64,000 bases of DNA from positions 35,278,001-35,342,000 of the forward strand of contig NC_043012.1 of the NCBI RefSeq assembly GCF_006345805.1, given 5' to 3'. Source of the stretch: Octopus sinensis (lineage: Eukaryota). Below are positions 52,285-64,000 of this stretch, piece after piece. Under the pieces are notes generated by a model. That model did no database searches, was not told the origin of the DNA, and saw only the letters and a list, made by a program, of their open reading frames with translations. The first letter of the stretch is position 1, and each line of letters begins with the position of its first letter. A program made the position numbers and the translations under genes.

Positions 52285-53293
52285 ATATATATATACATAC
52301 AGACAGACACACAAATATACCTTGTGTGTGTGTGTGTGTGTGTGTGTCACAATAATCCAGCATTTTTTTGAAAGTACAACAGCTGCAAGTTCTATTTTGT
52401 GAAACATTGATAGAGAAAGAAAGACATGATTGCGCATGGTGGTGGATCCACACTCTTAGAGCAAGAGATGGAGGTGATTAGCAAAAGAAAGAAAGAAAGA
52501 AAAAAAACAAACTATAATTATGAATTAATAATGAGGATGCAGAAGAGTTCTAAGGGCTAGAAATACTCTGTGTGAGTGTGTGTGTATGTGTGTGTGTGTG
52601 TGTGTGGTGTGGTCACACACCCCCAGTGGAACTGAAGATCATACCAAATTTCTATTGTGTTGGACTTGGACTTCCTTTGTTGAGGGTGACAGACAAAACA
52701 GGTGGGTGCAGTGGTGGGACTTGGGTTTGACACAGACACAGCTGAATAATCAAAGTGTTTGGTCCAAAATTTAATAAGCAGTGTCCTCAAAGTGATTTTT
52801 TTTCTCTTGCATATTATTATTATTATTATTATAAAAAAATAAAGCATTATCACCACCATTCCAAGTTCAAATTCCTCTTGGGTCAATTTGCTTTTCATCC
52901 CTTTGGTATATGAGTGGGGGGGGGTCATCCAATCAAGTACCAGCTGAGCACTGGGAGTCACTGTAATCAACTTAACCCCACCCGCCCCTGAAATTGCCGG
53001 CCTTGTGCCAAAATTTGAAAATTACTATTATACTCAACTAAAACTACAACCATCAGCAAGAAAGGGGTCACTTTGGCCCTTGCATCATCAGACAGATCCT
53101 AGGGTCTTAAGAGTAGGGTACCTGCCCTGCCTTGAAATTCCTAAAGGCAGTTTCTCGCCAACCCTCCAGAAATGAGAACAATATCCTTTTAGTTTTTGTT
53201 GGTTTTGCCACCTGTTATTTTTTTTATTTGATGATACCCTCCCCTTGTTTTTGGTTATCCATGTTTGGATTGTCATCTAACATTTTGTGCCTA

Positions 53294-53355
<62 letters not shown>

Positions 53356-53699
53356 CATACATATACATCAATAGTTTTAATAATTTCTTTTGACTAGATG
53401 GACACAAGACTGTTTTAGGAATTAGGATGTAATGTTTTAATGAACTGGACTGGACCGTATAATATTGGTAGTTATTTTTAATCTTGTGTGTGTGTGTGGG
53501 GGCGGGGGGGCAAATTTTTTGTGCATTTACACAACCCTTTGAATATTCTGGACCCTTCTCTCTGAACTGTTCTACCATCCCCAATATTCTATAAAACAGA
53601 ACAAGGCCAGAAAGAGAGAGAGTGTGTGTGTGTGTGTGGTGATCAACTGAAACCCTTATCTTTGCAATCAATGGAGTGCCAATATTCTTGGAAGAGAAG

Positions 53700-55700
53700 G
53701 GGTTAGTCAATACCAGCTCCAGTACTTGACTATTTATTTCAGGGACACTAAGGATGAAAGGCAAAGATAATCTCTGCAGGATTTGAACTCGCGGAGCAGG
53801 TACATTCGCTTAAATCAACTCCAGTATTTCACTGGTATGGTACTTCATCTTATCAAACACCTGAACAATGAAAGACGTACCAGGGTTTGAACTCCCAATC
53901 CAAAGGGCTGTAATGAAATACTGCAAAACATCTGACACTAACCATTTGTCACTCCCCATCTACCCTTCTCTTAATAGTTTCTAATAGGCCAGAAATTGGG
54001 TGTTGGTGGTCATAGGGTTCAGTTGATTAAATCAACCCCAGTAGTTGACTGGTATCTTATTTTATAGACCCTAGAGGGATAGAAAGTTGACCTTGGGAGG
54101 ATTTGAACTCAGAACAAACACCCCAGGCATTTTGTTGGATGCTCTTATGATTCTGCCATTCCTAATTCTTTATTTTGGCACAAGGCCAGCAATTTTGAGA
54201 GGCAGGCAAGTCAATGCCATCATTTCCAGTACTTGACTGGTACTTTAACCCCCAGAAGGATGGAAAGACAAAGGTGACCCCAGTAGAATTTGAACTGAGA
54301 ACACAAGACAACAGAACTAAGTATTTTTTTTCTGAAGCTCTAATGATTCTGCTAGCTCAAACCCCTTAATAATAATGGTCTCAAATTTTGGTACAAAGCC
54401 AGCAAGTTTAGGGGAAGGGTAAAGTTGAATATATCAACCCCCAGTGTGTAACTGGTACTTATTTTGTGAACCCTGAAAGGGTGAAAGAGAAAGTTGACTT
54501 CAGTGGAAATTGAACTCAGAACAAAGATGGATGAAATACCAAAATCATAATATTAGTTTCTAATATGAGTACGAGGTTAGAATTAGGTGTGGGAGGAGTG
54601 TGGGGTCAGAGGTATATTATAAAAAAAAAATTGATCCCGGTATGTTACTGATATTTTATTGAATTAGGAATTATGAAAGCAAAGCATAAATCCTGCAGGT
54701 ATATTAACTTTCTGATTCTGTCAAACCACTGCACAAAATTCTAATTTTGGCACAAGGCCAGCAATTATGAAGTGAGTGGAGTGGGGTCAGTTACATCATT
54801 TCCAGTACTTGACTGATACTTAATCCCACCCCTTAAAGGACGATGAGTAAAACTGAACTTGGTAGGAGTTGAACTCAGAAAGTAAAGAGCCAAAAGAAAT
54901 ACTGCTAAGCATTTGTCTTATGTGCTAATGGTTCAGTCAGCTTGCTGCCTTAATAATAATAATCCTTTCTGCAATAGGTTCAAGAGCTGAAATTTGGGGG
55001 ATGTGGTGGTGGGGAGCGGGGGAGGCGGTCAGTTTCATCGACACCTGTACTTGATGAAAGGCAAAAGCTGACTTTGGTGGAATTTGGATTTGGGACATAA
55101 AGCTGGAAAAAATGCCACAAAGCATTTTGCTTCATGTGCCCATGATTCTGCCAGTTCGCTTTTAGCATCAGCACAAAGCCAAAAATTGTGTTGGTAGTGG
55201 TCAGTTGGTCAAACTGAGCTGAGTACTTCACTGGTACCTTATTTTATCAACCCTGGAAGGATGAAAAATAAAGCCAACATTGACAGGATTGAACTCAGAA
55301 TGTGAATTACTGGAAGAACTACCATAGAGATTGTTATACTCTGCTCTTGCAACAATTCTACCAATCAGAATCTTAGTTTCTAACCTAGTTGGAAGGGGTT
55401 AGCTGATACTGTTGACCCCTGTATTCCACAGGTACTTTATATTCTTATCGACCTAAGAAGGACGAAAGGCAAAACTGACCTTGGCATGGCAGGGGAAATT
55501 GAAATTTTTGGTATCTGGCCAGCAATTTCTGGGGAGGGGACAAGTTGATTACATTGACCCCATTGTTCAACTGGTACTTATTTTATCAGCCCTGAAAGGA
55601 TGAGAGGCAAAGTTGAGCTCAGTAGAATTTGAACTCAGACCATAAAGATGGCCAAAATGCTACAAAGCATGCTAACGGTTCTAACCAGCTGGCCAATTGC
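53700..55700 (-). mobile_element. head-to-tail cluster of about 11 diverged family A SINE copies
   Basis: The core actggtact...ggatgaaag...ttgaactc recurs roughly every 120-220 bp in the same orientation. Confidence 0.8.
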
Positions 55701-56376
55701 AAAGAATGTTTTCTGCCTCAGATAAGTCTCATTCCATCATCCAAAGAATTATTATTATAAAGGCCTTTTTATTTTTAATTGTGTAGACAAAAGCAATTCA
55801 TCAAATGGAGTCAGTCTTAAAATATAACTGGTACTATATATAAGGTACCATAGATATTACTGGTACTAAATCCTACCGCTTTTGATAGAATTCGAACCCA
55901 GAAGTCAAACAAGGTAAAAAAAAAAAAAAATGATCACATCTTCCAAAAATTAATGCCCTCATTAACGATGATAAATAATTATTACAGATTAATATTAATG
56001 AAATTGTGAAAACAAATGTAACATGCAACATAAAATATATCTATATGGCAACAAAGAACACCTTGTGGTGGGCGAGTCCGGCAGGGGAGTGGTGTGTGTG
56101 TGTGTATGTGTATGTGTGTGTGAGCTACATGGTAAACAGACTCATGAGGAATATCACATCAATATCACAAGATAAATATGAAATGTATGGTTGCTTTATG
56201 CCTCATAGCTGATGCCATACGGGAGACGTATGTGTGTGTGTGTGTGCGTGCTTGCACACGTGCACAAACATATCACTTGTTTCTGTCTTTCTGCAAAGAC
56301 TGGAATGAGAAACTCAAACAATTTCTGAAACTTTCAGCTTTCAATAAAATCCTATGTGTTTATCTTTAGATTTGTT

Positions 56377-56449
<73 letters not shown>

Positions 56450-56465
56450 TGTGTGGTGTGTGTGT

Positions 56466-56511
<46 letters not shown>

Positions 56512-56576
56512 GAGGGTGGGTGAAGAGAGTGTATAAGAGAGATGACTGATGTGAGAGAAGACAAAGAGAGAGAGAG

Positions 56577-56613
<37 letters not shown>

Positions 56614-58355
56614 AAAGTGGTGACTTGTACAAGAAAGTGAAAGTATTTTGACTGAATATGGGAAGTTTATGAAAATAGCGCCACCTACTGACAGTTTCTG
56701 AGTATAATTGTAATACACACACACACACACAAACAAATGTATATATATCTGCAAAATTATACTGCACATATATACGCACACAAAGAACGTGACACATGGA
56801 GGCGGGGAGCAAGCAAACTGTTTATGTGGGGGGGCAAGAGTGGATGGTGAGTGGAGAGACTTGCCACAGAATTGATAAAACGTAAACCAGAGACAATGAA
56901 GAAAAGCCAGCAAGTCAATTAGGGGGGGGGAGGTCGTAAATGTTGAGATCAATTTTTAAAAAGTGTACTTTTAAGATGTACAACAACAACAACAGCAGCA
57001 AAACTATTGACTGTTGTTGTTGTTGATCTGACGGTGCACTACAATATAAGTGATTAACAACTCTAACATATTGTGGCTTAGAACTTGGTGTGTGTGTGTG
57101 TGTGCGCATGCAGTTGTGTATATGTATATTTGTGTCTATGTATGCATACTGTATGTGTGCAAGTGTGTGTGTATACTTGTGTGCATGTGTGCGTAAACAC
57201 CATATTGACAAATTTTCAACTCCATATGTCTAAGAAATGTTTATAGAAAACATCCAAGAGAAGATTTTATAGAGCAGAAATAAGGACCAAGTAAGATGAC
57301 ATTTAAAGGGCCCATGGGGGACCTGGAATATTTATGATGCCTTTATGGGTAAATTGGGGATCCAGAAGAGGAAGTTTTTGGGGAATTGAGGATCTGGGGG
57401 AATAAGACCTTCAGTGTAGATGAAGGACCTGGAAGCAAGAAGAAGGACTTCTTCATTTTCAATATAAAAATGATTAATCCATCAACAAGGGTCCTAATAA
57501 AGATGAAGAGGTATAGAGGGAAAGAAGAGGGCAGTGTGCGTGTGTGTGTGTGTCATAGAAGTATATAGATTTAAGAAGCTATATTAGAATAACCCCCACC
57601 AAGAACAAAGGAAAAAAAAAAAATCAAGCCGAGACCTCGAACTTGCTCTAACATTAAAACAAACCTTAATATGTACATTTATCATTGTTGTTGTTCTTAT
57701 TGGTGTTGATCAGTTTATATTTAGATGGCCTAATAACAGCAACAACAATCTTTGAAATATAATTAATAATCAAGTAAGCTAAAGTAAAATTAAAAGTGAC
57801 AAACCCAGAAAATATTTTTTGTAGAATCCAGAAAGGTTTACGTTGAATGAGGTGGGCTCTACAGAGACAAGGGGCAAAAAGATGCAGAATGTGTGTGGGA
57901 ACACTATACGTATGTATGTATACATACATATACATGCACACACTTATAATTTATAAATAAATTATATATATTCTTATATATATATATCTTATATATGTAT
58001 ATATAATATGTAAGAACAAACTCATCACAAAAGAAACTCCAAGCCAGTATTTAGGTTACATGCACGCCCACACATGCACGTCTGTCTACAGAAAGATTAA
58101 ATGTTGCACAGCACTTTAACGAGACAGCGAATGTGAGGGGTGTGTGTGTGTGCATGGAAGGGGACTGGAGGCAGAAATAGTTTGACTAACTCTTGAGACA
58201 GGAACAAACATAACTGATCCTTAATGTAGCTGCAGAAGAAGGGGGTTAAACAAAAAGAAAAAAAAAAAAAAGATAGTGACAAAAAGAAAAAGTTGGGATT
58301 TGTGAGTCCTTGTATGTATGTATGTATGTATGTAACAATATTAGACCATATGTGT

Positions 58356-58397
<42 letters not shown>

Positions 58398-59780
58398 GTG
58401 TGTGTGTGTGTGTATGTATGCGTGTGCATATGTGAAGGGGATCCCAGCCCCAACCAGCAACTGAAGCATGGTCAATAATTTGATAACTTTGTTTTCCTTG
58501 AGTGTATCACCTCTCAGAAAGAGAAAAATTATAAAAACAGCAACAGTAATAATAATAATAATAATGATAATAAATGGTTTCTGATTTAGGCACAAGGCCA
58601 GCAGTTTTTTGGGTTTTTTTTTTTCTCTTGTTCCTCTTGTTTTTTTTTTTGAGAGGAGAAAGTTGGTCGATACTATCGACCCCAGTATTTCACTGGTACT
58701 TTATTTCATCGACTCCCAGAGAGAGGAAAGGCAAAGTTGACCTCCACCGGGAACTGAACTCAGAGCGCAAAGAACTGGAAAAATACAACAAAGCTCTTTT
58801 TTTTTTCTTTTTTTCTCTCCCCATGTTCCAACGATTCTGCCAGTCCACCATCCAACAACAGTAATAATAATAATAACAATTATAAGCTATAAATGAACAA
58901 AATCTCAGAATTGCTAATTGCAATGAGAATCTTTTTGATTTTTTTTTTTTCATATCTAAATTATACACATAACACATACATGCACGCACGCAAAGAATCA
59001 TACATGCAAAGAACATACATATATATATATACATCCTAACATACACACACACACACATACACTCCCTAACATACACATTGGAAAGAAAATTGAAAGAGGA
59101 AAAAAAATACTAAGTCTTTGAACAGAATTATTCCAAGAAAGAGGAACGTTTCTATTGAAAATATATATATATTTCTCCAGAATCTTCTGGAAACTGAAGT
59201 GATGTGGAGCGGGGAGTTTATAAGGGGGCAAAAGGGAGACAGAAAATATATTTGTTAGGTTTTTTTTTGGTTTTTGGTTTTTTTTTTGCATTGTATGTGT
59301 GTGACTAAACTCCTTCCAGACATCCGGCATTTAGTTGTGTATGTATATGGTTGCAGGGAGGGGGAGTGAGAAAGAGAGAGAGAGGAAGCGCAGTAATAGC
59401 AGTAGCAGAGAGAGAGAGAGAGAGAGTGTGTGTGGGAGGGAGTGAAACTAAAAGGGGCAGAGGGAACAGGTGAAAAGTGAGAGGTGGACCCTGCTGAGGG
59501 TCCATTTTTTTTTTTTAAGTATGGTGGTGGGGCAGGAGAAGTAAAAGGAGAAATGAGCAAATAAGAACAAATTCATAAAAAAAAAAAAAATTAAAAGAAA
59601 AAGATATGGAGCTCTGCCATTATAGGGATAGGGGTGGGTTCAGAGATGGAAGTGGTGAAGTGTAGGGATGGGCATGTGTTTGTGTGTGTGTGTGTGTGTG
59701 TGTATGTGTGTGTGTGTGGTGTAAGGGAGAGAATGTGGTTAAGGATGTATATATGTGTGTGCGTGTGTGTTTGGATGAGG

Positions 59781-61352
59781 CTAGGAACATTGTAAATAGG
59801 GCTGTGGACAAAGTGGACACGAGGAGATGGAACTATTGCCTACTTGATAAAATGGTAAATAGCTGTAGTACTGACTGCCGCCACTGGAGTTATTGTAAGG
59901 TCCATAGAATACTTGGTCCAAAATCAAATTATTTAAGTTGTCAAACTGTGGTAGTTGAAGGTATTTACTCTGGGCTTTTTGTTCCTGTTCTAGCAAGATC
60001 TCACAAGCCAACTGATGTATAAGATTTAGTGTCTGTCGTCGTTCATGGCCCATCAAACAGATTGTGCTGTCGTCAACCACTCGGTAGAGCGTCATCAAGT
60101 ATTCATATTTCAGATCCTCCTCACCACTAAAATGGTTTGCCAGATAAGCATCCAGCTTCTGTTTTTGTTGCGACAAGTCGCTGAAATCTATGAAAAACCT
60201 AGAACACATGTAGCGCTCCATGGCACGGATGTCCACGTTGCCAGCTGGTGTGTAGCGCCTCACTAACAGGTTACAGTATTTCAGTAAACCTCCACCCCGT
60301 ATCTCTTCTGGGTTTCGTGTGGCAATTAGCTTTTCAGTTAAGTGGAACCAGGCTTGTGAAAAGTCCCCGTACACACTCTCGGCTTTCACAGTTGGGTAAA
60401 AATGTTCGCTGGTCGGAGTGTTGGAAACTTCGTAGAACGTTAACAAACTGTCCAAGATTATCTGAAAGGAATCAACACTAAATTCAAACTGACGTTTCAT
60501 TTTGTCCACAAACTTAAGCTCCACATTTTTACCTTTATTATTTGAGAGTGATATCAAACTCCAACGGTCGCCATGTTCATTGCACACTTTTACCATTTTC
60601 TGAACGTAAGCTTCTTTCAAGCTGCAACTGGACATCCTGTCTTTACTGACGCCAGCTGGCAGAAAGTCTAAGAGGCAGCCAAGAACACAATTCTTCACTT
60701 TTTGAAGTTCATTCTGGTTGGAGAGATCAATCCCAAATATCAAGTCCAAGTCATTATAAGTCTGAGAAGTATCTGTCTCTAAGACATAGCTGGCGGCACC
60801 GCCGTTTAGACGCATATCTCGAACATGGACCCCTTCAGATTTCAGCTTTTGGCGAACCAGTTGGATGAGATCCTTCAGTTTAACATCAAGGGTAGGGAAA
60901 TTGCCACGACCATGGATTGGTATGGATGCCTCCATCACTTCCACGAGTCGCATCAATTGGTCATATTCCAAGACCTTGAAACGACAAGATGACTGTGTGT
61001 CGTCAAGTAATTCTGTTGAGCCGAAAACAAACATCTGATCACTTAAACTTGAGCCATCATTGTTGCAGTCCTCTTCATCGTAGGTTTCAATCTGCAGCTC
61101 ATCTCCTGCCTCTTCTTCCTCGATGTCAACATCAGCGACTGGCTCTACAGTAACCACAGTAACAGCATCAAGGTCTGCAGTCGGCGAAGGTGTCTCAGGT
61201 GTTGTCTGGGTGTCATCGGTGTCCTTATCAACCGCAGCAGTGGTGTTGGTGTTGGTGGTGCAACAGACTGCAGTGTCTGCAGGTGCAACTGAAGCAGAAG
61301 TGGCTGAAGAACCACTAGATATGGCAACAGCACAAACACTATCTGTAGCCAT
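59781..61352 (-). CDS. TENT5: terminal nucleotidyltransferase 5 (FAM46 family non-canonical poly(A) polymerase), 523 aa, single coding exon
   Basis: Uninterrupted ORF with FAM46 signature motifs: [17 protein letters not shown]..., DLDLIF (NTase DxD), [63 protein letters not shown] and [11 protein letters not shown]. The first ATG at 61352 is in gcaATGg context with an in-frame TAA 7 codons upstream. The ORF-track start at 61358 is a TTG. Confidence 0.96.
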   Translation of the reverse strand: MATDSVCAVAISSGSSATSASVAPADTAVCCTTNTNTTAAVDKDTDDTQTTPETPSPTADLDAVTVVTVEPVADVDIEEEEAGDELQIETYDEEDCNNDGSSLSDQMFVFGSTELLDDTQSSCRFKVLEYDQLMRLVEVMEASIPIHGRGNFPTLDVKLKDLIQLVRQKLKSEGVHVRDMRLNGGAASYVLETDTSQTYNDLDLIFGIDLSNQNELQKVKNCVLGCLLDFLPAGVSKDRMSSCSLKEAYVQKMVKVCNEHGDRWSLISLSNNKGKNVELKFVDKMKRQFEFSVDSFQIILDSLLTFYEVSNTPTSEHFYPTVKAESVYGDFSQAWFHLTEKLIATRNPEEIRGGGLLKYCNLLVRRYTPAGNVDIRAMERYMCSRFFIDFSDLSQQKQKLDAYLANHFSGEEDLKYEYLMTLYRVVDDSTICLMGHERRQTLNLIHQLACEILLEQEQKAQSKYLQLPQFDNLNNLILDQVFYGPYNNSSGGSQYYSYLPFYQVGNSSISSCPLCPQPYLQCS

Positions 61353-61404
61353 TGCCAAGAGTTGTCGTCTTTACAACTTTATGGCGGTTTCTGAGGAGCG
61401 GATT

Positions 61405-61437
61405 CTGAAAAGAGAAAGAAAAAAAGAGGTGGTTACA
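61405..61437 (-). promoter_or_regulatory. 3' splice acceptor of a 5'-UTR intron of TENT5
   Basis: Minus strand TGTAAC (branch-point-like), then ctctttttttctttctctttt and CAG|AATCC, 52 nt upstream of the ATG. Confidence 0.75.
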
Positions 61438-64000
61438 ATACTGTTTGGTAATAATAATAGAGAAGTAACAACAAAACAAACAGAAATAACCAACAACAAC
61501 CACTTCTAAAACTAGCGGTTCCCATTTGCCAAACCAATGAGGTGGTGGTGCTTTGAATAGTCAAGCAATCCTTCAAAAATAACAGCCAAAACCTCAAATC
61601 CTACCATATTTTAAATAAGGAAATGGCATCCCTAAAGAGGCAGGATGGTCCTGGCCGGAAAGTCTTTAATCATGGGCCTGCTGGATCAGGGCTGACCTAG
61701 GGCCAAACACCCCCACCCCCTGCCTTCATACACATTCAAATAGCCACAACATCATCTGTCTGGACAAACATTATTCTGGTCAACATCTGGACAAACATCT
61801 GAGAAGCAACAGACTGAACACAACATTGACTGTTTGACCGTCATATTCAGACCAAAACTGAACACAAACAGTCGACCACATGTCTTTGACAATATGGCCA
61901 CCACCCCCAAACACTAGTGGGGTGGGTGGGGTATGTCAGATCGAGCTGGGATGTGTAACAATAGTAGGGTCCAGCTGATAGAGCCTTGGGTCAGTGTTGA
62001 GACAGGAGTGACCAGAGGCTATTCAACAATACCGTCCACTCAGGTAATAACAACGATGTTGTAAACAGCTGTTCTTAAAAAGATAATTGGGTATGATTGA
62101 CCATATTTGGAGATAGTTTCAATACAGAATAGGTGAGAGAGAGAGAGAGAGAGAGAAGCAGAGTTAAGAGAGACGTTACATTAAGAGAGACGTTGAGAGA
62201 AAGACAGACACGTTAAGAGGGGAAGAAAGATTTGGTGACAGAATCGTAAAGAGAGAAAGAGAGAGAGATGAGTGACATGAGTTGAGAGAGAGAGGTAGAA
62301 GAAGAGTTTGTGAGACTGTCTCGTAAAGAGAGGAAGGGAGAGAGAGAGAGCTGTGTGAAAGAAAGTGAGGGAAAGGTTGACAGTGTTGGAAAGGGGGGGA
62401 GAGTAAACAATGTGAGTATATGGTCGGTGAGAGAAGGGGAGGAAGGGGAGATTGATGTGATGTGTGCGAGACAGCAAGAGGCAGTTGAGAGAATGTGTGT
62501 GTGTGTGTGCTCAGAGGTGGCCAACTGACGGTGCCAACTCGCCAAAAGAGAGAGAGAGAGATGGAGACGAGGGGTGGATATGGGGGGTAGAGTGCAAGAG
62601 GGAAAGATGGAGGTACACGGGTCAGAGTGGTATGGGAGATGGCGATAGAGAGAGAAAATTAGGGTGAAAGATGGAGAAATGATAATATAGGACGGTAGCG
62701 AGAAGGGAGTAGGAGGAGCGATTGAGTAAGCGATGGAGAGAGAGAGAGAGAGAAAAAGAGAGAAATGTGTGTGTTGATGACGACAACAGCCAGTGTGACA
62801 AGAAGCAATCTATTGGTCGTTTGTATCCTAGCAACGCCTTAGAACTGTATCCTACGTCAACAGGTTCTCGCCTCACCCCCAGCGACACCCACTATGTCGA
62901 CAATATGGTGAGAACGGCCTTAGTAAGCAACACGAAATATTGCAGCCTGCTGCACATTTCAGGGTTATAGATATGTTTAAAACAGATGCGCTGGTTCGTG
63001 TTCAAAGCCAGCTTGTAACAGTAACCCTGCCTGTCGTACCCGCCACCCTTACAGCAGATAGAACCAAAGCTAAACTACTGTATATGAGCAGAAATACTTG
63101 ACGCACGGGTTACGTGTTGGCGGGTGTTTAGAAATGTGAACTGTTCGATTAGAAAAGAAAGATATATAGGTGTGTGTGTGTGGTGTGTGTGTGTGTGAGA
63201 TTAATATTTTTAGTAATGATGTAAAAGTGAAATAAATTCAAAGTAGGACAATAATAACGACAATAAATAAAAAAAAAACTGAGCTTGTTACTAATATTAT
63301 TTATAAGAGGAGAAAGTTTTTGCACGCCATGTTGAAGTAGACATGTTACGCCACCATCAGTCGAAGTTACACAATATGGTGAACTTTTGCACATGTTGAA
63401 CACGGTCAAAAGTGAGTGTTTTCGTGTCAGAAGAAGTGAACATACTGGAAAGAAGAAATTCTGTGAGGTTTCTACAGGTGGGAGACTTGGGAACGGGAAG
63501 TTCTTCAAACCACCGAGGCATCACGTTTCTCCCTCCCTCTTTCTTTCTCACTCTCTCTCTCTCTCTGACACACGGGTAAAAAGAGAAGGAAAGAATAAGA
63601 GAGAGAGAGAGGAATTTTTAATGTCATTCTAAGTGGCAGAATTAACCTTATTTCTTCTTCCTTTCCTTCTTCCGTGGTCGGCAAAAATAAAACACTCATC
63701 GATAACCGTGATTGATTCCAAATATGGCCTCGTGCCAATCTTAAAAACATTATTCCGGTAACATATGTGGAGGAAAATACTTTTTATTTTTTTATTATTT
63801 CTTCCTCTCTTTCGAAACTTTCCATTTATGTAGACACAATAACTGCTGACTTCAGGCATCAAACATACTTTGTCAGCAGTTTATGAAGAAACAAAATTCA
63901 AAAAGTGTTCAGTAATTTTTTTTTTTTAACGGAAATATATTTTTGCTGAATTTGGAAATACAAGAACACTTGTTTGAAAAAATTACTCTTGGAGAGTTTA

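Noticed and set aside
53700-55700. CRISPR-like array (recurring motif with variable spacers)
   Set aside because: The context is eukaryotic, the units are long diverged SINE copies found elsewhere in the window, and no cas genes are present.
61123-61509. 128-aa plus-strand ORF
   Set aside because: Antisense shadow of the TENT5 N-terminal coding region.

Overview
Repeat-dense animal genomic DNA. The SINE families and the very high microsatellite load resemble a coleoid cephalopod such as Octopus; this is an inference from recalled repeat families, not a database result. There is one clear host gene, a TENT5/FAM46 non-canonical poly(A) polymerase whose whole CDS lies in one exon on the minus strand (59781-61352). 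The rest is microsatellites, a 100-N gap, several tRNA-derived SINE families, and decayed LINE (Tx1/L1, RTE, CR1-like), Ty3/Gypsy, Tc1/mariner, hAT and Helitron-like elements. The main unexpected signal is a population of type I hammerhead ribozyme (HHR) motifs, about 9 intact or decayed, in several unrelated small non-coding elements, mostly within (TA)n tracts. One is a terminally redundant ~535-bp retrozyme/Penelope-like unit present in two copies. Another is a tRNA-headed, hammerhead-tailed SINE, also in two copies. Long fold-back inverted repeats occur alongside them. All alignments and RNA folds were done by eye; repeat boundaries are approximate.
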